Under the pieces are notes generated by a model, which did not search any database, was not told the DNA's origin, and saw nothing but the letters and a program-made list of their open reading frames with translations. The position numbers were made by a program, and so were the translations under genes. DNA of 64,000 nucleotides from the human T2T-CHM13v2.0 reference genome, Homo sapiens. Location: assembly GCF_009914755.1 (NCBI RefSeq), contig NC_060926.1. One strand, 5' to 3'. Shown here in pieces: positions 12,595-24,697 of the stretch; positions within the stretch are counted from its first letter, which is position 1; every line of letters begins with the position of its first letter.

Positions 12595-15144
12595 CATTAT
12601 TTAATATAAGCAAAATTTGAGGGAGGTGAGAAGGAGTTTCATTAACTTCTAGAGGAAATTCTACTGGCATTACCAAGGGGTAAGAGAAGTGTGTCTAATT
12701 CAGTTCTTAGTTGTAAACAAGAAAATCCAATCTGGCTAGTTTCCCTTTCAAAACGGTAATTATGAAAGAACATTAAGTATTTTGCAGAATCTCTGGGAGG
12801 ATTGGTGAACAACGTTCTGAAGTTATATTTACAGAAACAATGCCCACACACATGCAGCCATCTCTACCTAAAAGATTGCTGTCTCAGTCACACAGCAATC
12901 ATCACATCTGGGATTGGGCTCCAAAACACCTGCTACCACCCAGAGAACCTTCACCATCATGCTTATCAGAATACAAATTCCCACACATGGCCACCTCAAA
13001 ATGTTGCTAATCTCTGAATCATATTGATTTCACAGAAAATTGGTCACCTGCTTGCATCCCAGCAACAAAGGCACTAGAGGATGTGCATTTGCAGAAGGTG
13101 GGACTCACTGGGGAAAGTATCAAAATGTAAGGAGAACATTCCAAGATGACGGCTGGTCACAAACAATCAATGTCCATCCAATATGGGACTAGTTCGATTT
13201 TTGTCTTTATATGAAGGAGTGACTGTGTAGTCTTTCCAGGGTTTGTAGAGTACCACAGCAATGGGAATAGGAAATTAATAGCCAATCTCTCTTTCTTAAC
13301 CAAATGTTTACTGGTTTTTTTCCTCCTCTATATGCCCACAGAAAGTAGTATTAGATTAATTATGTATATTTATTATGTGTTGAAAGCATTTTGCATTTCC
13401 TTTTAACTTGTTCTTAATCAATTTTTAATGGTTTCATCTTTACATTTTAAATTCACTGTAGAGTTTGTATTGCACAAGAACATGGACCAAGGGCAATTAT
13501 CAAATAAAATATGACATTATTAGAAGTAACCATCCAAATGGTTTATGCTTGCTTGCGGAAAAAAAAATCGTAGAATTGTGGTACATATTCACATATTTTA
13601 CTCATAATCACAATACAATTCTGTGTCTCATCCATACCATTTATTTCTGTATTATTTCTGACTTAAACTACCTTAGTTGAAAAACTAGTCGTCAAAATTA
13701 TTTTTAAAGTCAGTTTATAATAAGCCAATTCCTGCTGCCATTTTATAATACAAATTATAATTTAATTGTATACAGTCAGATTACTCTTATGAACATATCA
13801 GTTAAAATCTTCAAAATGTTGATATTCTCTTAATATGACTCTGGTTTAGTTAAATGAAAGGGTGGTTTGGAAAGCTATAATCTCAGATGCGGGATCTGTA
13901 ACAGGGGATAATATCTCATCCGATCACGGCAGCTGGATGTTTCACACCATTTGCCTGAGAACTGTTGACAGGCAAATGAGAGGCTCCGTGAAAGCAGGAG
14001 AATCTGGAATACCACTTTACCTTTTGTCTAAAATTTTTCACATCGAAACAAAAGACACATACACATAACACACACACGGTATTTTGATGGAATATTTTAT
14101 TGGGCTGTTGGTTTTTTAAACGCTATCATACATGAGGTTTGTATCAACCTTTAGCACCTATTCGCCACTCAATCTTTTTTGGACCCCACTCAAAGCAAAA
14201 TTACATATGCCATAGCAATAGCATTCACAGTATTTATCTTCATGATAATTAAGAAAAAAATAATTACAGGACTTTCCAATATCCTACTTATAAAGTTATT
14301 TTAATGTGTGGGGCATTTGCCTAAATACAGAAGACAAAATCTTTGTGGCTGTCTTCTGAGTCTGAACTTTTCCTTAGATGTAAAATTCTGATGTGCTTCT
14401 TAGTACTTGAAGGAATTAAATGTAATTTGCATCTGATAGCTTTGTTTCTGATAGTAATTATGTATCTAGAAAAATGAAAGAATGTAGTTTCTGATAAACT
14501 AGTGTTGGATTCAAGAAAAGAAAGAATTTTCTTTATTAATAAATGGTATGAAAAGGAAAATATTTGACTATTGAACTGCCTATGCAAAAAAAAAAAAGTA
14601 TCGACAAACAGATTAATTGAAAAAGTTGCTCCAACCACATTAGGGAACTGGTTTGGAAGAAGAAACAAAGACATGATTGACATTTTAGCTTTTTAGCTAA
14701 TTGCTTTGGCAATGTATTCAAACAAATGTGGTTTCATGGCTTTATTTTTTCTCTGGCACTCTTGAGGAATTCACCACCATCTAACCCAAGTGGAAAACAA
14801 CGTAAAACAAACCAAGAAATAATAATAAATCTTTTCATATTAATATAATAAATACGCAAGTATACTTGATGTCAGAATTGTTTATAGGATGATTTCCTCC
14901 AACGTTTGCTGAACAACTGGAAATTTCAGCCAAACAGACAAATTGCAAAACTCAAAGCTTAGTGGAAATGTGGCTAGACAGAAACAAGATCAGATGACAA
15001 CACAGATTAAGTACAAAGCAAAGATCTGCTATGTTTACTGAGTGTGTTAGAGGAAAAATAAATAGCTGTTTATTTGGAACAAAGATGCAAGAAGACTTAG
15101 GCCAAAAAATGTAATTCTAATTGTTAGCAGGCAACAAGGTGAAG

Positions 15145-15290
15145 GGTTAATGAGCTCAAGGCTTGAATCCTATCTCTAACCACTTCCTAGCTGGGTGACT
15201 TGCAGGAAGTTGCGTTCATTTAGCTTGAGTTTCTTCATCAATTAAATAAGGCAAATGTTAATATCTACCTGATAGACAGGTGTTAGAATG
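15145..15290 (+). mobile_element. MIR SINE fragment
   Basis: TTGAATCCTATCTCTAACCACTTCCTAGCTGGGTGACTTG...AGTTTCTTCATC. Confidence 0.7.
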
Positions 15291-16550
15291 AAATTCTCTT
15301 TGGTAGAAAATACCCAATACCTATTTTTTTCAGAGACAAACATAATTCATCCTAATATTGAATTCCTCTCAAAGATAACAAAAGTGAAGATGAAATGTCA
15401 AAAATAGTAGACCAATTAATAGAACTTGAATGTATATATGACAATATATAGCATACCCTGAGAGAAATAGCCTATTTAAGAGAGTTTTATAAGGGCACCA
15501 GGTACTCTGATTGTATCCACTCTGGGCATGTTCAGTATTTAATGTATAATAATTTTCAAACTGTATCCAACAAGTTCAGGTATTGATATGCTGTAAGACC
15601 TACAGTGGTTTCCAACTGTGTTTAGAAGAAAACAAAGGTTTTTTATTTGTTTTTTAAAAATAATAGAATAATAATATGGTTAGAAAGGTATATATTTTAT
15701 TGTATATTCATGGTAGTATGACTTTAAAACTATTAGAGAAACAGAGAGTTTTAATAGCAACATTTTTAGACTCTGACTTATATGTTGGCCAACTATTTTG
15801 AGTTAAGGAATAGTTTAATGTAGTCTAGGAATCTCTAGCTTCAGATGATATCCAGACAGGTCTGTTTCCCAGTCATCCCACATGTAGCCAGCCATCTTCC
15901 TGGTAATGAGTTGGAGTCAGCCTATCAGCTATTCCTGTCACTTCATTTTTACTTGAAGACTCAGATTTTAAGGGGCTCAGCAACCCATTGCAGCCCATCC
16001 AGATTTATTTTTAAAGAATGGGGTCAGTGTGTGTTATATAAAATCAGACACAGGCTCATTCTTCTGCCCACCCCTTCTTCATCTCTAGTGTTTCCTCTGT
16101 CAACTTTCCTCCCTGTTCTCATGTGCTGAGACGATTTCAGTGCTCTGGTTGCAATTTACAGAAAGTGATTAGAGTGAAGCGAACTGTTCTCTTGAACAAG
16201 TATCAGTACGAGGAATCTGTCCACATATACAAGCCTCTGGTAGTGCAAGGTGGATGGGCATTAGGCAAATAAACTAGGACAACATGCAGAGAAAAAAGCA
16301 GGATAACAGAGTCAACGTAAAGGAAGTATCCAGGCCAAAAAATCAAGACCAGTTAATGAAAACTATATCCCAGGCAAAGGGGCTGAAACCAGAAATGGCA
16401 AAATAGAAGAGGGGTGATTACCCGAGACTCCATTTAAAAAATGATCTTTACGAGTTCTGTGAGAACTCTGCTTTGGGTAAGTAATAAGGCTGAATTTGGT
16501 CAATAAATCTTGGCATTTGCAGTAAAATCTTTCCATTCAACATACTCCTA

Positions 16551-16562
16551 GAAATGGCGGCC
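16551..16562. promoter_or_regulatory. YY1-like motif in unique sequence
   Basis: GAAATGGCGGCC matches the long YY1 consensus AANATGGCGGC with the CpG intact. Motif match only. Confidence 0.3.
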
Positions 16563-17117
16563 GTTGTCATTACTTGTAAACTTTCAGGTGTTTGTATTCT
16601 GCTGAGCTCTGCCCAACCTGATAATTATTTGCACGTATTCTGCTGCAATTGGTTTTCTCTGACACAATGGAGTGATTGGAATGGTAATATTCTACTTCCT
16701 TTATCTGAAAGAATCCCTATCAGTTTGAAACATGAGAGAAAAATAGACTCACAATGGGACAGAAATATTGTTGACACAATGTTTCTTTGTAACACCATTA
16801 ACTATCAGTTCCTGTGACAGCAACAAAGATGTTCCTGTTTCAATATTTCCAACCCAATTGAGAGAAGATTTCAAAAACACATGGGGGGTGGGGCAGAGCC
16901 TTTTCATGGGAAAGTACTAATATTCTGTACTTCTAAAGGATTAATATCTTTTTCCCCCACAAAAGAATTCATGCATCTATTTTCAATAATACCAATTCTT
17001 ATCTGTGTTATTTGGTTATTCCTAGTAATAATAATAAATTATAATTATTTAGAAACCTGTAGAAAAAAATGTATTTTCCAGACACCAAACTTAAATTATG
17101 AATTTTAGGCTTGATAC

Positions 17118-17870
17118 TGTAACTGTCCAACAAGTTTACCTTACCCACTGCCTAGACAGAGCCGATTTATCAAGACAGGAGAACTGCAATAGAGAAAGAG
17201 TTTAACTCACACAGAGCCAGCTGTACAGGAGACCAGAGTTTTATTATCACTCAAATCAATCTCACTGAGAATTCAGGGACTGGGATTTTTAAGGATAATT
17301 TGGTGGATAGGGGGCCAGTGAGTTGGGAGTGCTGATTGGTTGGGTCAGAGATAAAATTATAGGGAGTTGAAGCTGTCCTCTTGCACTGAGTCAGTTCCTG
17401 GGTGGGGGTCACAAGACCAGATGAGCCAGTTTATCAATCTAGGTGGTGCCAGCTGAGCAATCGAGTGCAGGGTCTCCAAAATATCTCCAGCACTGTAAAA
17501 CCTATCTTAAGTTTTACAATAGTGATGTTATCCTCAGGAGCAGTTTGTGGAGGGTCCGAATCTTGTTGCCTCAAACCACACGATTCCTAAACTATAATTT
17601 CTAACCTGTGGCTACTTTGTTAGTCCTACAAAGGCAGTCTAGTCCCCTGGCAGGAAGGGTATTTTTTTGTTTGGGGTAGGAGAGGGGAAAGGGTGTTTAT
17701 CGACTTTGTTTCAAAGTTCAACTATAATCAAAGTTCCTCCCAAAGTTAGTTTGGCCCATGCCCAGGAATGAACAAGGACACGTTGGAGGTTAGAAGCAAG
17801 ATGGAGTTGGTTAGGTCAGATTTCCTTCACTGTAATAATTTTCTGTTATAATGTTGCAATGGCAATTTCA
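17118..17870 (-). mobile_element. LTR8-family ERV1 solo LTR
   Basis: TG...CA termini. Minus strand carries AACTCCATCTTGCTTCTAACCTCCAAC...CCTTGTTCATTCCTGGGC as in LTR8. 4-bp TSD ATAC (17114-17117 / 17871-17874). Confidence 0.9.
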
Positions 17871-18395
17871 ATACTCCTAACATTTTCCAGAGATTTTAAC
17901 ATAATGTCTAAAGTCTAGTGTAATGACTTCCACTATCACCGCTACATAGATAGACACATGAGCAGTGGTGTGTCCAGCCTCATATTCATGAGCTCCTGTT
18001 CTTCATTCCCAACTTCTTACCAGGCATTTTCACCTCAGTGTCGCCAACTGAAACCTCAAAGTTATATTCAAGTCTAACATTACCTTCTCCCCAAAATCTG
18101 TTCCTTATACTATGTTCCCTATTCTAGCTAAGTTGAACTATTTACTTGTTCTCTTTGTTCAAAAGATGTATTTATTTCACAAATTCTTCTCTATCTATAT
18201 TAAATGGATAGTCAAGTTCTATAGATGATCATGTTTTATTTCTATTTATACTTTCTATGGTTCTCATTATTATCTCTAACTTATCATTTATTTACTCTGT
18301 GTAAGCCATCCAAAAGGTATTTCTGGAGTAAGGCAGAGAAAACAAACTTCTCTCATAGGACCTAAATTATATTCCATTCAAACTAAAATTATTAC

Positions 18396-19066
18396 TGACA
18401 TAGGATAGTTCCCTTGACCTTGAGCCCCTTTTGGGGGCAGGAATTGGAGTGGCTCGTTTCACTCAGCTTACTGCTGGCCACTCCTTTTGAGAGGGGAGTG
18501 TGTCAGCAGGTGAGTGTGGGAACCAGAGGGAACAAATGCTGATGCAAGCTCTGACGGGAGCAGGCTCTGTGTGGGCCCTGCAGCAGTATTCAAGCCCCTG
18601 CCTCTCAGCACCCAGGTTCTTGTCCAGGCTGTTCAGGAAGAATCAGGTCATTCGAATGGATTGAAGGGTTGCATATGCAGAGATTTTCACTGGGTGATGG
18701 ATGTGGCTCTCAGTGGAATGGGGAGTTGGAAAGGGGATGGTGCAGGAAGATGGTGATCTTTCCCTTAAACCATGCCATCTGAAGTTAGCCACATCTATCC
18801 ATAGTCTCCAAGACTCAGCCACTCGTATCCATGACATTCAGCAACTTGTATCCTCGATGACACTCAGCAACTTGCACCCCTGAGTCCTTGCATCAGCCAC
18901 TTGTGTTGCTCTGCCAGCTGAAGTCTTTTTATTGGCACAGGATAGGAGTGTGGCAGGCCAAAAAAGCAAGACTTGGGTGGAAAAACGGGGTCTTCTGTTT
19001 TCACTTAGGGTCATAGTTCCATGCTTAAGGGTGGGGTTTATCCTGGAGTCCAGCCATTCTGTATCA
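18396..19066 (-). mobile_element. LTR1/LTR27/LTR28-group ERV1 solo LTR
   Basis: Minus strand starts TGATACAGAATGGCTGGACTCCAGGATAAACCCCACCCTTAAGC and ends ...GTCA. Flanks TTAC/TTAT as a near-TSD. Confidence 0.75.
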
Positions 19067-19097
19067 TTATTATTATTATTATTATTATCATTATTAT
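19067..19097. repeat. (TTA)n microsatellite
   Basis: About 10 TTA units with one interruption, directly after the LTR terminus. Confidence 0.9.
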
Positions 19098-19204
19098 TTT
19101 GCCCCATATAATGCACACAGCTATGTTTTGATTACACTCTTACTTTGTTCCTGTCCTTTCTCAGCACTTTCAAACAGACCCGACCTATTCATTGTTTACA
19201 TGCC

Positions 19205-19982
19205 TTTGAAGGCTAAGTCACTCCATCTTGGATGCTAAGCTCCAGTCGCTTAACTCCAGTTCCAGGAATGCATCAAGATTTCCACTTTCAAGTACTTACT
19301 GTAAATCCTGCCCTTAGGTTAAAACTATCTTGATGTTATTATAAACATAGTCATAGCATAAATCCTGCCCTTAGGCCAATTCCCTATTCAAACTAAAATT
19401 ATTATAGAGATAAGGATAGTTACTATTGTATATAAGCCTGGGGTTTGAGGAGTGACTGCCTGGGAATCCACCATCTTGTCTCATGGTAGTCAGAGATATG
19501 GCTTCAGTTCATAGATCTCTATTAAATGTTTCTTTCTCAGAAACTCAATTTGTCAGCCTCTTTCTTCTGCCTCTCACCTTTCTTGGTTTGGGGGGATAGG
19601 TTTTGATAGACCTGCTGATATGGTTTGGCTGTGTCCCTGGCCAAATCTTATCTTGAATTTCCACAGGTTGTTGGAGGGACCTGGTGGGAGGTAATTGAAT
19701 CATGGGGGTAGGTATTTCCTGCGTTGTTCTCGTGATACTGAATAAGTATCATGAGATCTGATGGTTTTAAAATCAGGAGTTTCCCTGCACAAGCTCTCTC
19801 TCTTTGCCTGCTGCCAACCATGTAAAATGTGACTTGCTCCTCCTCACCTTCCACCATGATTATGAGGCCTTCCCAGCCACATGGAACTGTAAGTCCATTA
19901 AACCCTTTTTCCCACATAAATTGTCCAGTCTCAGGTATGAGCAGCATAAAAATGGACTAACACACCTGCTCACCAAGGAACA
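19205..19982 (+). mobile_element. ERVL-class solo LTR (LTR47-like) interrupted by THE1
   Basis: Starts TTTGAAGGCTAAGTCACTCCATCTTGG, has TATATAAG and ATTAAA signals, ends CTGCTCACCAAGGAACA. 5-bp TSD ATGCC (19200-19204 / 19983-19987). Confidence 0.75.
19616..19964 (+). mobile_element. THE1 (THE1A/B-like) MaLR solo LTR nested in the LTR47-like element
   Basis: TGATATGGTTTGGCTGTGTCCC ... GGACTAACACA. Perfect 5-bp TSD CCTGC (19611-19615 / 19965-19969). Confidence 0.93.
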
Positions 19983-20428
19983 ATGCCTCTAGGACATCTC
20001 CAAGTTCTTATCTCTTATTGCTGCACTCCTACTTACTATTCCCTGCTAGTATCTGTCACATGGCTGCATGCCGGACTAATCTCTGATGCTTTCCTCGAGT
20101 TCTTTGCTCTGAGTCTTCTCCAGCTTACCTTCCCAACACTTCCCCATAGGCTTAGAACTGATGCTTGTCTCTCAGCCTAGGTAGCCACATGCAAGAACAT
20201 GAAGAACCAGAGCCACCCAGTAGGAAGGCAAGATCAGCTATTCTCATCATACCTAAAAGGCTTTTGCTCTCTTTTACATGTTTCTAAATCCTAATCATTC
20301 TTCAATTTCTTGTGATCATCTCTCACCTATAGCCTTTCATAACCCCCCTCCTCCTATGACCAAACAGCTTTATTCTGAAATATGTAACACTTAAATTTAT
20401 TTTAAATAAAATTCTTGTCTCTTACTAT

Positions 20429-21185
20429 TGTAAGAACAAATACAAATTTTTTAAAGAGGCTTCATTCTCTCTGTAAAAAAAAGGAAAGAGATTTTCCTCC
20501 ATTCCTTTTTCAGCATTTACTTTAGAAAACTTGTAATTTTAAGTACTTTCTTCTCTCTTTGACATGTATATAAATCCCCTTGAAGACTAAGTCGGCCATT
20601 TGTCAGCTTTATGATCTAGGAGTGTCTTTTTCAAAGGCACAGAAGACATCTCTTAGAAATGTAAACATCAAGGGAGACAGCACCACTATTTCCCAGTTTC
20701 TGCAGAAGGGTACGAGCCTAATTTAAGGGGGCACCTTTCCTCAAGTTGCAAAACTACTTCCTGCCATTAAGTTATAAGTTTTATTTCCCTCTCATTAAAG
20801 CCAGTTGGCTAACACAGATGATTAACCTCAGTTACCAGGTAAAGTTAGGATGAATGATGTGCAGCAAATGATGCTATGAAGTTTTCTTACTTGAAGACTA
20901 GTTATTGTTTATCTTGGGAAGATGTATGAAATGGGTTGCATCTGCTTGACTGTAAGAAAGTCTGTCTTTGCAATCTCTTAGTCAATTGCCAGGGTTGTGC
21001 ATCACATTTTGAATTAATGATTATTCAGTATTAAGAGTCTTCTTATACCTTAAAAAACCATTGAAAATGGGAGTTTGGGGGGAGAAGTTACATGTATTTT
21101 TTTTAATATTTTTTTTCTCTACTAACTTCATGGAGGGGATTTCTGGTTGGGAAGAGATTTCATTTTCAAATATATTTCCCCAACA
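20429..21185 (+). mobile_element. MER34-family ERV1 LTR
   Basis: GCATTTACTTTAGAAAACTTGTAA, GAAATGTAAACATCAAGGGAGA and a terminal ATATTTCCCCAACA. Confidence 0.75.
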
Positions 21186-21293
21186 CTCTATCCCATAGAT
21201 ATTTGGGGTATTTTATATCCCTTACAATCTACTATAATAAGTCTGAACACCTAAGATACTGGATGTTCAAGTAACGCAATATTACCAACTAAC

Positions 21294-21667
21294 TGATATG
21301 GTTTAGCTCTGTGTCCCCACCCAAATCTCATCTCAAATTGTAATCTCCACTTGTTGAGGAAGGGATCTGGTGGGAGGTGATTGGCTCATGGGGGTGGTTT
21401 GCCCTATGCTATTCTTGTGATAGGCAGGGAGTTCTCACTAGATCTGTTTGCTTGATAAGTGTCTGGCATTTCTCCTGTGCTCTCTCTCTCTCTCTCCTGC
21501 CTCCTTGCAAAGAAAGTGCTTGCTTCCCCTTCACCTTCAGCCATGGTTTTAAGTTTCCGGAGGCCTCCCCAGCCATGTGGACCTGTGAGTTAATCAAACA
21601 TCTTTTGTTTATAAATTACCCAGTCTCAGGTAGTATCTTTATGGCAGTATGAAAACAGATTAATATA
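21294..21667 (+). mobile_element. THE1D/MSTA MaLR solo LTR
   Basis: TGATATGGTTTAGCTCTGTGTCCCCACCCAAATCTCATCTC ... ATAAATTACCCAGTCTCAGGTAG ... ATTAATATA. Confidence 0.9.
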
Positions 21668-22599
21668 GTAATCTACAATTATATACTGTTATCATAATTA
21701 CATTCTTTGGATAGGTGTCAGTATAGTCTCTAAAAGTTAAAGGCAATGAAGGGTACATGTACACAGACATGCCCACACACACCCCTTGTTATCAGGCCAT
21801 ATGTTATAATGAAAGCGAGTATCTTAGGGAAGCCAGTATCTGACTTTATTCTGTCACTTTACAAATATTGTTTATGAAGCAAACAAAATGTTTTACAACC
21901 TACATGGTAACAAGATACAGTCCAAGCTCTTCCCTTTTAAGTACTCCAAAAAGTACCTGACCTGGAATTTCATTCAAGACAGTTTCTACAATAAACCTAG
22001 ATTCAAATAACTAGTAAAGTGTCAGATGACAAAATACTCCATGTCCCTGAACAGAGTTTAGATGGAAACCTTAAATCTAGATTATATTTCTGAAAGGCAT
22101 AAACTATTAAAATTATTATTTTATGTGATTCCTAAAAAGTAGAAGTATATTTCCAGTGAATCCACATCTCTTGAATACTACTCATTTCACTTAAAAAAAC
22201 AACAACAACACTTCAGTTTGATGGAAGACTTTAGTTGTCCATCAGCTACAGGGCACACCTGCTGGGTTAATGGGAATTCAGATAGCTGGACCACTTCCGT
22301 AGTGCAAGCTTTTGATGGGCCTCTCAAATGCTGATTGCCCTTAAAGTGTGTATTCCTGATCACTGTAGTTCAAAAGGAACTAACCACCCTAGGGTGTAGA
22401 TCAAAACTGAACAACAAATGCATCGTTTACCATGTTTTTGCTAAAGCATTTTAAAGTAAATTATAGGCAATATAACATTTATGCATTCAAATTTAATTAG
22501 AGCTGCCTTGAAACTTCACACAGAGCAGGAAGTCTCCTCCTTCAGACCATGGAAGAATCTTGTATACCAACATTACAGTCCTCCAAACAGCCCAAGCCT

Positions 22600-22900
22600 A
22601 GATGTTTTTTCTTTGCAATCTAGACTCTCTCCCTTGGTGAGCTCATCAGGTCTCGAAGCTTTAAATGTCATCTATAACCCAACACTTCCAAATTTATGTC
22701 TCCAGCCTGGACCTCTCATGTAACCTCTGGGCTTGTTCATCTCATTGCCTCCTTGACATCTCCACTTGGATATTTAATAGACATCTTACATTTATTATGC
22801 CAATAACTGGGCACATGTATTATATCTTTTTTACGCCAGCAGTGTTTAGCTTAGTGTCTAACATTCAGTAAATGGTCATTTAACATTTTTTACTGATTGA
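22600..22900 (+). mobile_element. L2 LINE fragment (approximate bounds)
   Basis: CCAAATTTATGTCTCCAGCCTGGACCTCTC...TGCCTCCTTGACATCTCCACTTGGATATTTAATAGACATCT. Confidence 0.7.
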
Positions 22901-23699
22901 ACTTGTAATTTTTAACTTCACACACAACCAAACATTCCAGAAAAATAAAGTAATTTTATCCCAATTACATTTAGTGTCAAATCTTATTGAGAATATGTTC
23001 TGGGGGCATAAATATTACAGTTAATAATTCCATTGAAATTTCTGACCTAATCTCATTTTATCTCTGACAAAAGAAAAGTGAAGTCAGTATACAGAGATAT
23101 CTGGCATTAATTTGCTAACAATACATTGCTACAAGTCATGGGAAAATATCTGTCAACTGTATCAAAATTATCATATTATCACAAGCCACGTCATTACCCC
23201 TAGACAAAGAAAAATATTGTGGAATTTGTTAGATTTGTCTCTAAGATTTAACAAAGTTTAAAAATGCAGTTTAATTCAATAAACACACATTGAGGGCCTC
23301 CTGTGTACCAGATACTACTGCTGGCACTCTGGAAAGCATGATGATGCAGTTTTCTTTCCCTTTTGTTTCCCTCAGAAAGAGGTGAGAAGAAAGGTGGTAT
23401 GACCATCAGCTGCAGAGACATAGATCGTTCACTGCCATGAATCTAGGCATTTTCTTGTCTGCTTCTCTAAAGTTGTGCTGTTTATGAAATCAAGCCATAG
23501 GGAAGTACATAATTAACACTCCCTAGTGAAAATGAATATGACGTGGAGGGCGGTGGCATATTCAGTGGAGTGTTATCATATGTGAGAAGATCGGAGGACC
23601 TGAACAAAGAAGCATCATTTACAGACAAGGCCTCCTAAGTAGATCCAGGAAAAGAACAGAGGTAAAGGACCGTGGCTGAGACAAAGTGAAATTTGTAAT

Positions 23700-23880
23700 A
23701 ATAATTGTTGCTATTATTATTACCAGCCTTTTGCGTCCAAGAAACTGTTCAAAGTACTTTAGATATAGGCAAGTCATTAGTTAGCACAAGAGCTCTGTAA
23801 AATTGATAGCATTTACCATCCAATTTTATAGACAAACTAAGGCAAAGGGAGGTTAAGCAATTTACCCAATGTCAGAATTC
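23700..23880 (-). mobile_element. MIR SINE
   Basis: CCAATTTTATAGACAAACTAAGGCAAAGGGAGGTTAAGCAATTTACCCAATGTCA. Confidence 0.7.
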
Positions 23881-24655
23881 TTTATATTTAAATACAACAC
23901 ATGAATATTTATATCTACATAATTCCTGTTTTCAGAAATACCAATGGCAGACTTATAATGATAAGAAAAAAAGCAAAGTTTACTTATCTAAAAGATACAG
24001 AGCTGAATTTCCATAATAAGGACATAAAAATAAGAAATCAGCTACATTTTTTCAGGAAAGGCAGAAATACAAGCTTTCCTACCCCAAAATGCTCACGAGG
24101 GAACACCTAGCTGAGAATGAAACACATGAATGAATGAGACTTGTATGAATCTAGAGGAACTGTATATCTCAGTTCCCACAGAAAAGTTTTGGTTTAAAAC
24201 TGCTATCCCTGCATAATTGTTACCAGTGTCCTTCAAAAATTTCCTGTTTGTACAGTACATTAAGTGATCACTGTCAAAACCATTCTTCAGAAAATCTAAC
24301 TGGTCTCTTAGTTGTATGTGCATACAATGAGACCAAATGTACATATGCTACCTGAGCACATGGGAGCGGAGGGCAGCAGCCTCACCTCATCTGGGCAGGG
24401 TACCCCTCACCGATCTCGAGGTTGTACATACCCGGCATTACACTTGAGACCAGAGGGTGCAAGACACTCAGAAATGTGCACCTTCCTCTATTAGGTTTTC
24501 GTTTCTAACAAAGCTTGATCCAAAAATCTTTCTGTATTCAGTGATGAACGAAAATAAAGTCAGTTACCTAAACATCTCTGACAGGCTAAGCGGCTCATTG
24601 GTCAGTTATAAGGCATATCTTTGTAAGATCACTTGCACATTATTTTGTTAATTAC

Positions 24656-24697
24656 CTTCTTAATATAGCCTTCTGCCAGAGTACTTTTTTAAAATGT
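24656..24697 (-). other. Candidate 42-nt spliced exon, host transcript unidentified
   Basis: Minus strand: TTTCCTTTTTTCCTCCAATAG | ACATTTTAAAAAAGTACTCTGGCAGAAGGCTATATTAAGAAG | GTAATT. Length is a multiple of 3, one frame is open (HFKKVLWQKAILR), and the flanks are unique. Confidence 0.4.

Noticed and set aside
14888-14962. Protein-like peptide DDFLQRLLNNWKFQPNRQIAKLKA after a plus-strand AG
   Set aside because: Weak acceptor, ends in a stop, and no recognised homology or linked exons.
18815-18905. Three to four short imperfect repeats (TCAGC[CA]ACT[CT]G) resembling a mini array
   Set aside because: Degenerate tandem units inside an ERV1 LTR with no unique spacers. Not CRISPR-like, and the DNA is eukaryotic.
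24443-24462. CTCF-like GACCAGAGGGTGC
   Set aside because: Lacks the conserved upstream CC positions of the core motif. Weak match only.
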